From: Sphaeroforma arctica JP610
Lineage: Eukaryota
Direction: 5' to 3'
Length of the DNA: 55,058 nt
Assembly: GCF_001186125.1 (NCBI RefSeq)
Contig: NW_014040496.1
Coordinates: 20,315-75,372, forward strand
The notes under the pieces are model-generated. The model did not search any database, was not told the origin of the DNA, and saw only the letters and a program-made list of their open reading frames with translations. Position numbers and translations under genes: made by a program. This document shows positions 1-14,769 of the stretch, one piece after another. Position 1 is the stretch's first letter; every line of letters begins with the position of its first letter.

Positions 1-426
1 AGTAGTAATTTGCTATATGTATAAGCGATTGGTCAGAGTTCGATAAACTTGCTCTAATTCTCTGTCAAAATGTCACTCAATGTTGACTATTTCAATATAT
101 TTTTGCAGAAAATAATTCCATACGTGCTCGAAAGATGTCAATCACGACTACATGTAGTCACGTGCAAGTAGAGGCCACCATACAAAGGCACGATTTGCTA
201 TTAAACGATGTGGAAAAATACTCCTGTTTAATTTATAAATCGTATATCTTCACCGCATGCCAGACCATAATATGAAGCTTTCAAAAATCAACTTACACAT
301 CCATCTGTATTTTGGACAAACTTTTAATATCAGAAACGCCATCGATACATGTTTGTTTCACCAGTGCGGATGACAGTATCGCATTTTTAACACAGCAGCA
401 ACAAAATAGGTTGCCGGCATCCCGAA

Positions 427-2168
<1,742 letters not shown>

Positions 2169-2402
2169 ATTCCTGGCTTGTATATATGAATGTACAAATT
2201 GACACTGCCTAAGATATATTTGGGCTGGCCGGGATGCAATACTTGCAATCACCTTGTGGCTTAGCATGGCGATATGTTCCATAGAAGGCAATATTATCTC
2301 TTTATTTATCTATTTATGATATAGTCTATAGAGATTATCATTATTGTAATAAATAGCCCATGAAAATTAAAAATTGTTCAATTTAGATTTAATTATATAA
2401 AA

Positions 2403-2530
2403 ATAAAAAGACCCCCTCTGTTGGAAAAAAAGACCCCTCTATGTTCTAAAAAAGAACCCCTCTGTTCTAAAAAAGAACCAACTCTGTTCTAATTTAAATA
2501 AAAAAATAGAGACCCTCTCTGTTCTAGAAG
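2403..2530. repeat. Degenerate tandem repeat (~20 bp, AAAAAGACCCCTCTGTTCT) upstream of HINT
   Basis: About 5 imperfect copies of AAAAAGA(A)CCCC(T)CTGTTCTA are visible. Confidence 0.7.
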
Positions 2531-2699
2531 TCTTTTTTATATATAAAGTAGATATTGGGACTTATGATTCATGAACAGAATTGATTAGTGTTTATTCAGA
2601 ATATTAATTGTGTTTTTATATTCTAGTAAAACAGAAGGATAATTGTGGGTGAACAAGATAGTAGCACATGATAATAATGTGAGTAACCAAAAAACCTAG

Positions 2700-3900
2700 T
2701 TGGGTTTATATATCGAGGAAAAAGGATGTAGGTCATGCCGACATGTGGCAGTGTACCTCGTTCTGTGATGATTGTGGTTGATTCGTCGGCCATTCGGAGC
2801 CCTGTTCAATATTAATGAGCCTATGGCAAGCGCTGGAGTTGAAGTAATTTACTGTGGCGCCTCCGTCAATTAAAAGTTGGGATTCCATAGATTGGTGAGG
2901 CGTAATCGTGCGTGTGATCTTGGCTACTCGTTTAAAATGCTGTCGAGACAATCGGTAGGGGAAGTTGTTTTATTTGCACGTTGGCTACAAACTACAGTAA
3001 GGTGATTAGATTGATTGCAATTGGTACAGTTCATCGCGGTGGTAGTACATTATCTGGCGTTGTGGGTTTTGTCGCCGCATTTTCCATATGTCTTCGTGCA
3101 GCGTCCAGAGTGGCGCTGTGTCGACCAGCACACGTAGCATTGAAACTTTCAGGGAGGCGGGGCTGGAGGTGCAGTCGTCATAGCATTGGGTGGAGGTGTA
3201 GGTTGAAGTCTGTTGACGGTGTGTGATTGGATGTTATTCATGACTTCCCACTCTTCCACGTACAGACAAAGATCTTGAATAGAGATGATACGGCGCGTGT
3301 TAGTCGAACAACTTAACAGGTCTCTTTTGGTTTGTTCTTGTTGTGACACAGGAAGGCCGGAGTGAAAGAGATCTTGGGTGTAATCGGAAGAAAATGTTGT
3401 TCCTTGTTCACGAGCATGACGAACAAGAAGTTCGCATCGGTATGCCTATTCATGGAGCGGTTCATCGTCTTTACGGTTGAATTTCCGGAAGTAGGCGTAA
3501 TTGATGTTCTTGCATTCCTTTGCCAAGTTATGCTTGAAGCGACGGATTAAGAATTTGAGAAGAAGTGATGGATGACTGAGCAGAATGTCAGTATGCAAGG
3601 ATGTGCGAAGTACAGTGGATAACGATCGCAGGATATCCTGGTGAGATCGTTGGTATGTATGCGCCGGTGACCTTATTATCTGTAGCAAATTGTGATGTAG
3701 GCATGTAAGTGGCGGCAGTGCTGTCGTAGTCGAGAAGGGGGTGGAGATCAGCGGTGTATTCGGTGGCCACGGTGAAATAGAGGTCTGTTTTCCAGGTGTC
3801 ATTTTCAGATCCAGATATATCTAAAATTGTCCATGTTCTTTTGTGGTGACTCTTGTCATTAGTGAACAACACGGTGGTGGGTGGGGTGGCGGTGACAATA
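2700..3900 (-). mobile_element. Degenerate LTR-retrotransposon gag-protease remnant, probably Ty1/Copia
   Basis: The minus strand at 3028-2987 encodes the zinc knuckle CTNCNQSNHLTVVC (CX2CX4HX4C). It is followed by the aspartic protease-like motif LLIDGGATVNYF. The reading frame is broken by frameshifts and stops. Confidence 0.7.
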
Positions 3901-3999
3901 GGTCGATGAGTCAGAGGGTAGGCTTCCGGGCGTGGTAGCCGTGTGTGTGGGGGGGGGGGGGGGGTGACTGGTCCCAGGAGGCATATATTAAGGAAAAAG

Positions 4000-6900
4000 G
4001 GTTATAGCCTGGTTCGATACTAAGTCCGAAAAGAAAAAACCCCCAAAAAAAAACAACCACACTAGTACATTTCAATATGGTGTGAGCTCACTTCAAGAAC
4101 CAACAAATGATGGCACTGCGATCACTACACTGGCAAAACGCTTGTGTACCAATGAGCAGCGTACCATTGAAGTTACCAACTACCGTTCCAAAGTTGTTAC
4201 ATCCACTAAACCGTCCCCTAAAAAACGACCATCCTCTCCAGTACCCGCTTGCTCACCAATGAGCAGCGTACTATTGAAGTTGCCAACTACCGTTCCAAAG
4301 TAGTTAAATCCACAAAACTGTCCACTAGAACACGACCATCCTCTTCAGTACCTAAAGTATTAGTCCGCCCAGCAGTTTCTGAAGCACTTATGTCACCTAC
4401 TGGCTCTTCTTCAAAGCAGTATTTCCAAATGGCAAGCCTCCTTCACGCTATACCTTCGAAGAAGTGTGGCGATCCCACCCTATTTTGAATCGTCACCATC
4501 TTCTCTCGTATCTGCCATCGAAACTATTTCCCGAACGCAACCGTCGAGGCCGAGCAACCAGCATCATCCAAATTTGTATTCCTGCTCATGTTGAACCCAG
4601 TTTGAACCGAATTACGAATGATTTCTGGAAGTGGCGCCCTAACGAAAATATCGATCTACGCTCCAATAAGCACACAGATTCAGCCAAAGCAGCATTTATA
4701 TATTATCTTCAAACCAAGCGCGAGGCCCAATGTATCTCCTTCTGAACCCTTTGACGAAATCAATAGATATCGAGATCCTCAAATCTACAACCGACAGCAT
4801 TCATAGGGCGTTTTAATCAAAGCGTGGCAACCCCACAACCCAAGACTTCAACGCAATCCAACTACCACATCAGCCGTTTCCCGACTTTTGAAGAAGGCAT
4901 ATCAACTAGAAGCACGTGATGCAGTTGTCGACATGGAAATCAACAATGCAGAACTTGCTAAGAAGATATTCAAAGCGTGACAACCCCACAACCCAAGACT
5001 CCGCACGCAACCTACCTGCCCCATCAGTGGTTTCCCGACTCTTGGAGGAGGCAGATCAACGGGAAACACGTGATGTTGATGACAACATGTAAATTAACAT
5101 AACAGATCCCGTTATCAACTTGTCAGAGGACAAACAATGCTAGGACATATGTAGATGACTCTTCTTAACCCACGAGGTCTCAATATGGATACTCCGACAA
5201 TATCAGATAAGTGTTTGAATGTTATATCGATTTTGGATCAGGTTGATGTTATGTGTGTGGTTGAAACCTGGCGTAAGGTGACTTTTCTAGATCGTGTACG
5301 TTTTTCTACGAAGCATCATATCTTACACCACACTGCACGACACAACCCCTACATCCTTCGCACTGTGGATTTGTATTTTTTTTCCAATCATCACCCATCA
5401 AAATTCAGCCTCATCCATTAGTGACCATGTGCGAAATTCTTCTCCCTCGTTGATATTTGAATGGCTGTATTCTACCTCCCACTCAACTCCTTAATAGAGG
5501 CAGAAGTTGAACAATGCATGAATCCCTTTAAGGCTGGCAACTTTCAAGCAGATGTAGTTGGGGGTGATTTTAATTTCAAAGCTAGACAGTATGGTCACAC
5601 ATCCACGATCAATGAACTGCGCAAAAAGACGGTAGAGGACACTACTCTCAGTGCCTGGCGCCTACAATACCTCCATACGGGAAGACCTACCGGTACGGAG
5701 CACGCGTACCACAGGCCAACAACCTCATCCTCTCTTCAGACACACCTTCTTGCGGATCACAGTATCTACGAAGGCCACAAATTTGGTCTCGATCTTGAGG
5801 TGGTCCAAAATGAATCAAGAATACGTCTTCGGCGAGTGCCTCCGTCTCAATCACTACCCCAGCACCAGAGTCTTCCATCTCACGGCTACAACCGGTATCA
5901 CCACCGACTGCATCATTTACACGAAAAGACCCGCACCCTGTTCTTTCAAGCTAAGATCCGTGAGCATCAACATATGTTACGGTCATGCCTGACAATACAT
6001 GGACCGTCAAACGAATTGGAGCGTATACTTTTCAAAATTGGCGCTACGCAGCGAGCCCTGCCATTTTTGGAAGTTACTACTATGACAATGACAAACCGTG
6101 GGTACAACGACTGCAGAATCACACGTTCCGCCCCCGATCTATTGCCCAGCACACCATTCAAATGTACAGGAATGTTTATCGCACATCAATGTCGATCATC
6201 GCGTCAGCATTGTATACCGGGTGTCCAGGATTCGGGCGCTGCACTGACGGACTATTACCAATACCTCTTCAACTCAACTAACCCACACGTCATCCCACCA
6301 GACACAACACCAACACCTACATCGAATGCAATTGTTCTCTCGGAGATGGTGTTGGAGGCAATACTGCGATATCCAGACAACGGTCCTGGTTCAGATGGTA
6401 TCCATATCCTTCTCCTTAAGGCTGCAGTAGAACGATCAACTGAACCCCCGACTATGGGACGCCCTGACCCTGACAGTCCACTTATTAGCATTTTGGCTGA
6501 GGCATTCTCTGCCCTTTTACTGGCTGATACATTCCCTAGAGCTCTTAACTGTACTCTCTTGACAGCCCATCCGAAGAAAGCAAACACGGATATTGCATCG
6601 CTGCCGAATTTCGACCGAAAACCTTAACGCATATTGTTCGACGCAGTTTTTAAGAAGTGCTTCCTACAGCGGATAACAAATCATACAGGATCAACCACCA
6701 ATGCAACTCAAGCTGGTTTTAATTCACGCTACCCCTGCCATACTCATGCCCTAGCCGCGATAAAATCTGAGACACAATCCGAAGACTCCTGGAATGATGT
6801 GTGTCTTGATATTGCTAAAGCATATGATAAGGTGGTCCTCCCGCGCAAATGGATACTGTTGCGCCACGCTGGAATGCCAGAAAACTGGATCAATCGTCTC

Positions 6901-8672
6901 CGTGCATTGTTCGAGAATATCCCCACACGGGCAACGTATCCTTTTAGGCTTTCACCTCTATTCCATAGAACGAACGGCAAACTCCAAAGTTCGATTGTCG
7001 GTCACAGCTGTTTATCATTTATATGGACTAGCTATTACGCTTGCGCAATTTCGGCCGAAACTCCTTCGAACCTACATCTTTTTAGACGACACGCGGATGC
7101 AGGCTCTGCAGTCTATTCTGTTGCAACCCTTCTTGGACGCGATCGATGATTGGGGTCGCCAATTTGGTCGAGACCAAGGGATTCTTAAGCCCCGAAAGAA
7201 ATCGTCTTGTATGTTGCATGCGGTACCGCCTCTCCGTATCAAAGAAAATCTCATCACGCCAACGCTAGTAGGCTTTCCAAATGCCAACAATCAAAAGACG
7301 CCTACTAACTCCGCCCATGCCCATGGCGGCGGAACTCTCTGACATCTACTCGCAGCCTTCTAAATACTTAGGATTTCAACTGTCCTAGGGTATGCCGGGT
7401 ATTAACTTTGTAAAACACATGGACAACTACGTGGCAGCATTACTCCAGGCTATAGTTTTCTTCCGGGCGTACGGGTTTTATGGATTCAGCTGGCGCCATC
7501 CGCAAAATCGGTTGGAAATATTTAAGACATTCATTCTTTCAACGGTCACCCATGGTCTGAACATCATTGCATGGGCTCCACCTGTTTGGCATGCCGCGTT
7601 AAAGCCACTGTACGAGCGATACAACTCAGGACAAATCCAAGCAGCAACCATCATAACAGATACTATATTTCCAAAACTTCCGTACCAGCGCATAAGGCTT
7701 TTTCGCTTCTGCGGATTACTTCCAGCGCCCAGATTTGTGGAGTACCTTAGTGGCTGCCTGGGACTACATCTTGACTCGATCAACAGTACAACCCTACTCG
7801 CACCACTTACGAGACCCGCTTGGACACGTAGAAGACCTACGGATAAATTCCCGTTCAGTATTTACGTTTATCTATAATCAACAGGCGGGTGCACACCTCA
7901 ACACAAAGAACTTCGTAAGCTCCACGAGTAGATCCGACATACTACCACTCAACGTCTCACAACTAAGGCGATAGCAGGCAAGGCTCGCCGCCAATACTTC
8001 TATCGACTTATAAAGTGAGAACCTCTCATCACGGACCGGGACAAGCCTTTATATGATAGCTTTACCCAATACCGTGAACACACCCCAATCTGCCTTTGTG
8101 CCATGATAGCAACCAACACGTTGTCGTTCAAATTGCTTGACTATTGAACTGGTGGATACCTCTGTCCCGTGTGCCCCGAAGATAGGACTTTTACGTCCAG
8201 CCATTTTGCTTGTATCACTTTCCTAATAAGGCGACTTCTGGAGGGCCCTAATCTACCCCCAATTACAACAACTACAGAATCAATCATGAACAGCAGGCAC
8301 CAATTTATCTCCATCCAGTACTGGTCGATAGGATGATGTTCCCTATACCCCGTCTCAATACTATACTGAAGTAATATTTTCATATTTCGGTACCGACCAA
8401 ATCGTCGAGACTTCTGATACCGCCTATGATATTTCCCGTGTCTATGGCTAGCCAGAATATTCAAAATATATCAGTTGTTTGATCCATCGACATGAGCTAA
8501 CGCACTGTATGTATTCCATCGTTATATCACTCGCCCCAAGCTTCTCGCGGCAGTTCGACAATCTTAACTTCCCTTCAAATTTCCCAGAACTTCTCCGACG
8601 AATATGAAGCCTGATAAGCATGTAGACATATAAATATTTATCTAAATTGTAAATAAATACTATTATCCCTAT
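4000..8672 (+). mobile_element. Near full-length, degenerate non-LTR retrotransposon (LINE): ORF1-like region, then APE endonuclease - RT - Cys/His C-terminus
   Basis: APE motifs are LLNPRGL, VMCVVETW and VVGGDFN. RT motifs are GPGSDGI, TQAGF, CLDIAKAYDKV, FLDD and FKYLG (~7358). Further motifs are RLEIFKTFILST and the C-terminal CPVCPEDRTFTSSHFAC. There are many frameshifts, and the stop is at 8605-8607. The 5' boundary is approximate. Confidence 0.9.
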
Positions 8673-10023
8673 GTTAAGAGGCTTTTAAAAATAGGAGGCT
8701 ATGAATATGGTCATCAAAAATGCACACCAAATTTATTGTGTTTGATCAAGTAGCTATGTTGATATTTAATCATAGCCTTCGTTTATAATCTTAAATTGAT
8801 TTTGTTTTGTTTTGACAATTCCAAATTTTTTTCTTCAAAATGTGTGTTGTACATTAGCCCTATTTTGATTTAGTGGGCCAAATATGTGTTGTTGCATACG
8901 CCATACATAGGCTACTAAATAAACGAATAAAACATTGCATAGCCTTCTAAAATGGTTCAATTGTTATTTTATATTTAATTAGAAGGCTATGTATGCTATC
9001 ATTGTTATGGTGCCTGGTGGCTATTTTTTGTCTTTCTTTTTCTTCTTTTCCCCATGCTTCGTATAAATATATGTGTTCTGCAGCACAAATGGGATGAACA
9101 CATCAACACAACAGTATTTTGGGTTTGTTTGGTTGACGTCTCGAGAACCAATAGATTGCATTCTATAGAACTTTCAATATGATTGAACTAGAGGATGTAC
9201 AGAACCTTGAAATCAGATAAGTACTAAAAATTTGAATCGAAGTGCAGAACTTTGGCACGACCGGCCAACATAAAATAGAATGAAATCCTCTCATGAAGTA
9301 GGAGCAATACGTAACAGCCGCCTTGCAACATGATTTTAACTAACAACCAAATTCTACCAAGCTGTGCTCATCCCCTGCGCGTCGTAATGTTTTTTCATGT
9401 TATTTATACATCAAGAAATCAGTGGTGAGCTCTTCGTACTATTGAAGCTCAGGGCTTTGAAAGAACAAATCCGTACTAGCTTACCATGGCAACATAATGG
9501 GTAACGTTTGGGATGTAGAGTGATTATGAGCATTTTGCATGTAAATGAGTGTGTGATATTTGCAAACCATGTAAGCAAAACTAAGTGAGTAGTCAGTTAC
9601 AGCATATATCAGTTTATCCAAGAATCAAGGTATACTGCAATCCAGTGATTTTCGACGAACCTTGACAGCGGAAGTGGAATGAAGTTGGAAAACGAATGCA
9701 CTACTAGGTTCTTCGATGTTGAATTAACGAATGAGGGTGCATTTCGCCAGGAAAATTTAGCTCAAGGGTAAACATATAGCGTGGAATGCACCTGCAGAGC
9801 GTTTACAACTTATGTACTAAACTCTGCAATGAACATGGCTTTTCCCGTCAAAATTGTTGCTTGCCTTCAAGCATGAAATTTGTGTATGTATTCTTTTGAT
9901 CAACAGCATGCTACGAAGGTCGCCTGGAAATAAACTTTTGCGAAAGATATTGCAATACGAGGAAGTATTCAACAGTTTGATTGATTGTAAAGAGTTCTTG
10001 AAGCCTTGTACACTGTGTGAGCT

Positions 10024-10240
10024 TAAATGAGCCTTTTCTTATAGATTGGTAAGGCTAGCCAGCTTTATATTAAAATAGGTGAATGACTGAACCTACGTAG
10101 TACCGCAAGGGCTTTGATCTTAGTCCGCACGATCCGCTCCGAGGTAGATTTATTTGTACTATATTGGTTGGTTCAGTCATTCACCTACTTTTCCACAAAA
10201 CTGGCTAGCTTTACAAAACTATAAGAAAAGACTCATTTTA
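10024..10240. mobile_element. MITE-like element with ~75-80 bp imperfect terminal inverted repeats
   Basis: The left arm AAATGAGCCTTTTCTTATAG...TAGGTGAATGACTGAACC matches the reverse complement of the right arm GGTTCAGTCATTCACCTA...CTATAAGAAAAGACTCATTT. There is no ORF. Confidence 0.75.
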
Positions 10241-10254
10241 TACCAAGAAGGGTA

Positions 10255-12800
10255 AGGTTATCATCAGCAATTCTGGTTTGGAGTATAGTTGGAGGCTGGC
10301 CGGTACCACACCAAACAACTAATGTATTTGGAATATCCTGGTTAGCCATATTGGGACGTATCACGGCGATACCATAAGTCTCGAAGATTTGGTCGGTACC
10401 GAAATCTAAAAATATAACTTCAGTAGAGTGACGAGACGGGGTATAGGGAACATCATTCTATCGACCACTACTGGATGGGGATAAATTGGTGTCTACTGTT
10501 CATGGATAAAAATTCTCTCGAGATGTTCGTGGTGAATCCATATGCCGTGGTAGTCCCGCCGATCTGTAGTTGTAATTGGGGGTAGATTAGGGCCCACCAG
10601 AATGCGCCTTATTAGGAAACTGATACAAGCAAAGTGGCTGGACGTAAAAGTCCTATCTCCGGGGCACACAGGATAGAGGCATCCACCAGTGCGATAGTCA
10701 AGCAATTTGTACATAACGTGTTGGTTGCTATCATGACACAAGGGCGGATTGGGGTTTGTTCACGGCAATAGGTGTTTTATATGGGAGGGCTTGTATCGGT
10801 CCGTGATCGAAAGCTTTCCTTACAAGTCGATAGTAGTATCGGCGGCTAGCCTTCCCTGGTATGTTCTCAGTTGTGAGACGTTGTGTTGTATTATGTCGGA
10901 TCTTCTCGAGGAGCCGTGATAGGAAGCTTTCCTTACAAGTATATAGTAGTATCGGCGGCGAGCCTTCACTGGCATCTTTTTAGTTGTGAGACGTTGTGTT
11001 GTATTATGTCGGATCTTCTCGAGGAGCTTACGGGGTTCTTTTGTGTTGAGGTGTACACCCGCTCCTCGATTCCATATAAGCGTAAATACTGAACGGGAAT
11101 TTGTTCGGAGGCCTGTTACGTGTCCAAGCGGGTCTCGCAAGTCGGGCAAGTGGGTTTGCACTGTTGATCGAGTCAATATGTAGTCCCAGGCAGCCGCCAA
11201 AGTACTCTGCAAACTGGCGTGCTGGAATTAACCCACAGAAGCGGAAAAGCGAAGTGTCTGTTATGATGGCTGCTGATTGGATTAGGCTGGATGGTACCGC
11301 TCGAACAGCGGTTTCAATGCGGTATGACATATAAGTGGAGCCCATGCAATGATATTTAGACCATAGGTTGCCGTGGAAAGAACGAATGTCTTGAATATTG
11401 TCAACCGATTTCGCGGATGGCGCCAGCAGAATCTATGAAACCTATACGCCCGGAAGAAAACTATAGCCTGGAGTAGTGCTGCCACGTGGTTGTCCGTGTG
11501 TTTCACAAAGTCGATACCCGGCATGCCCTGGGATAGTTCAAATCCTAATTATTTGGAAGGCTGCGAGTAGATGTCGAAGAGTTCCGTCGCCATGGGTATG
11601 GGAGGAATAAGTAGACGTCTGTTGAGAGTGTTGGCATTTGGAGAGTCTACTAGCGTTGGCATTATGAGATGTCCTTTGATATACGGAGAGGCGGTACCGC
11701 ATGCAGCATACTCGACGATCTCTTTCGGAACTTAAGGATCCCTTGTTCTAGACCAAATTGGCGACCCCAACCATCGATCGCGTTCAAGAAGGGCTGCAGC
11801 TGAACAGACGGAGGATCCTGGATGTGCGTATCATTTACAAAGAGGTGGGAACGGAGCAGTTTCGGCCGAATTGCACAGACGTGGTAATCACGTAGGTAAT
11901 GTAGATGATTAAAAGATGTGGATCCACAATCAAACCTTGGAGCATACAATTCGTTCTATAGAATAAAAGTGAAAGCTTTCCACGACCTCTTCCGTGTGGG
12001 GACTTTTTGAACAATATTCTTGAACAATCCACGGCGACAATAAATCCGGTTCTAGCATTCCAGCGTGGCGCAACAGCATCCACATGTCCGGAAGGATCAT
12101 TTCATCGTATGCTTTAGCGATGTCAAGACACACATCATTACAGGTATTTTCGAATTGAGTCTCAGATTCCAACGCGGCTAGGAAATGGTATGACAGGAGT
12201 AGTGTGATTTGAATATAGCTTGAGCGGCATAGGTGGTTGAGCTGGGGTGATTAGTTAATAGCTGTAGCAAAAGAATGCGTCTAATGATTTGCGTTAGGGT
12301 TATCGGTTGGAAGTCGACAGGCGATGCAATATCCGTGTCTTATTTCTTCAGAGGGTTGCATATGAGCAGACTGAGGAGCCTGGATGCGCGTATCATGCAC
12401 AAAGAGGTAGGAACGGAGAAGCTTCGGCCGAAATTATGCAAGCGTAGCAACCGGGTAGTCCATGTAGATTATCAAAATATGTGGATCCACAATTAAGCCT
12501 TGGAGCATTTAATTCGTTCTATGAAATAAAGGTAAAGGATTCCCACGATACGTCTCCCGTGTGGGGACATTCTTGAACAATGCACGGCGACAACTATTCC
12601 AGTTCTGGTAAACTAGCATGGCACAACAGCATCCACATGCGTGGGAGGACCACTTTATCGGATGCTTTAGTAATGTCAAGACACATCATTCCAGGCATCT
12701 TCAAATTGTATCTCAGATTCCATCGCGGCTAGGGCATGAGTATAGCAGGAGTAACGTGATTTACATACAGCTTGAGTTGCATGGGTGCTCCATACAAGTA
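10255..12800 (-). mobile_element. Second, truncated and rearranged copy of the same LINE family (RT plus C-terminal region), inverted relative to copy 1
   Basis: ORFs match copy 1: MPGIDFVKHTDNHVAALLQAIVFFRAY, NDVCLDIAKAYD and CPVCPGDRTFTSSHFAC. The RT segment occurs twice (~11810-12230 and ~12370-12790), and there is a ~110 bp internal duplication at ~10810-11030. Confidence 0.9.
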
Positions 12801-13264
12801 TGAATGAACATATTTCTCATTCACAGGTGAATGCACAATTATTATTTACATTTTTAAATTTGATTTTTAATTTGATTTTTATCAAAATAAAGTATGTTAT
12901 ACAGTGACAGTGGCAACTGGCAACATTTTTAAATTACTCGTGGACGTTCTCATACATGTATTGGTTGCAATTTTGGTAGCTGTTTTTTTCTTTTGAAACA
13001 ACGGTGTACTATGCTCTCCAGTTATCACTTTTGGGTCTTTTGTAAAAACTTTCAATTGTTCATAGTTCCTTTACATAGATACACACCCACACGAGATGGT
13101 TCAATAATAAACACATAAATAAATATGCACTACCTATAATTACAGGTAAATAAATATGGTCATATGTAACACCATATGTATGTAAGCTGCGCTATTTCAC
13201 AGAAATCAAAATGACAACAAAGTACAAAATATTTATTTACTGCTGCACGAGTGCTAAAGCTCAA

Positions 13265-14568
13265 AAAGTGCCTGTATGGACTCAGTCAGGTCGATTATGG
13301 AATGCGCCCATTAAGTCTAAATTACTCGGCATGAGATTCCGCAAAGCTGCTTGCGATTCGTGTTTGTTCATCACCGACAATGACAACCTTAAGTACATTG
13401 TACTTCTATACGTAGATGACCTTCTTATATGTGGGTCGACAACTTCAAACCCCTCTTCCAAGCGGAGTTCACTTGTAAAGACTTAGAAGCACCCAGATTG
13501 CTAATTGGTGTGAGAGTGCTGACTACTTCAGATTCTATCACCCTCGTCCAAGACAGATACATCTAGGACGCCCTGGCAACCTTCGAACTGACTTAGAGTC
13601 ATTCTACACTCCACCCCAGCAACACAAGATACATTATCCGAAAACATCGGACCCCGACACATGTGTGTGCATACCGCGAATTAATCGGCACATTGCAGTA
13701 CCTCTCCGTCGTCATACGTATCGATATTAGCTACGCACTCAATAGGAAAACCTCTGCCAACAACACTGGCTAGCTGCACAGCGCATCCTACGTTACCTAG
13801 GATTTACCTATAAGTACCAAAAAGGACCTCCTATGATTGACGCCGTTTTCGACGCAGACTGCACCGCTTGCCCCGATACCTGTCGCTCGACAACAGGCTA
13901 TATCCTACGGATTAACCAGATTTCAGTTGTCTGGAAATCACACCGGCAGAGAAAACGCTTTCCACCAGTTCAGCTGAATCAGAATACTTCGCTGCTTTTG
14001 AGGTACCTAAACATATCCATTTTTTTTTTTTCGGAATGCCCTCACAGAACTCGGCTTTCCACAAGCATCGCCTACGGTTCTACAGTGTGAAAACAAATGG
14101 GCGATCCATGCCATGGTCTTACAAAGCACCTAACGCACATTGATGACAACGGCATCATCAAAGTGGAAGTCGTCTCTCCTGCGGACAACCAAGCCGATAT
14201 TTTAATAAAAAAACACTGCACGTCCTACACATTCACGACATACCCATACTATGTTGCAAACCGTTCCCTCCGAGTTCATCGTTGCCTGCGAGAATCAGTA
14301 CAGGGGAGAGCGATATAATATTCGATTGCATCCTCTCGATTCACCACGTACTATTTCCAGGGGAGTGTTGGACAGAACAAATCAGCAAGAGTGAATCTCA
14401 AGAATATACAGTTCGATACATGAACTGAAAGGTGCCATGCCAATAGTAATATGACACCATGTCAAAAACAAAAAAGGTTCCCGTCCTAAGCGGTAGAACC
14501 CTATATTTTCCCAGTAGGGAAAAAATATATTAAAATTACTTCTTATCTGTTTACATTCGTCTAATACA
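13265..14568 (+). mobile_element. Ty1/Copia 3' remnant: RT - RNase H - PPT - putative 3' LTR
   Basis: RT motifs are QSGRLWN, DSCLF and VLLYVDDLLI. Copia RNase H motifs are DADCTACPDTCRSTTGY...VVWKSHRQ and DNQADIL. A purine tract AGGGGAG is followed by TGTTGG at 14366. The LTR end near 14568 (..CTAATACA) is tentative. Confidence 0.85.
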
Positions 14569-14769
14569 ATAACGTCACCATCGGGGGAAACAAACCGTAG
14601 GAACTAGGCGGTAACTTTAGAAGCGCATTGGTCAAGTGTAGGCTTAACGTAATAAAAGAAGTGAAGGCGTCACGAAGGATGCATGAATTAGACATTCATT
14701 TTCCAGTCATGACGTTCAATGGAGAGGGGGTTGCGTTAGTGTCCCGTTCATATGTTTTGCCATGCGAAG

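Noticed and set aside
9090..9935. Possible small spliced gene (exon-like pieces at ~9423-9472, ~9646-9768, ~9908-9933)
   Set aside because: I could not assemble a consistent frame or recognise any protein motif.
2700..14568. Joining the Copia gag-PR (2700-3900) and RT-RH (13265-14568) pieces into one element
   Set aside because: They are on opposite strands, no integrase was seen and no shared LTR was found.
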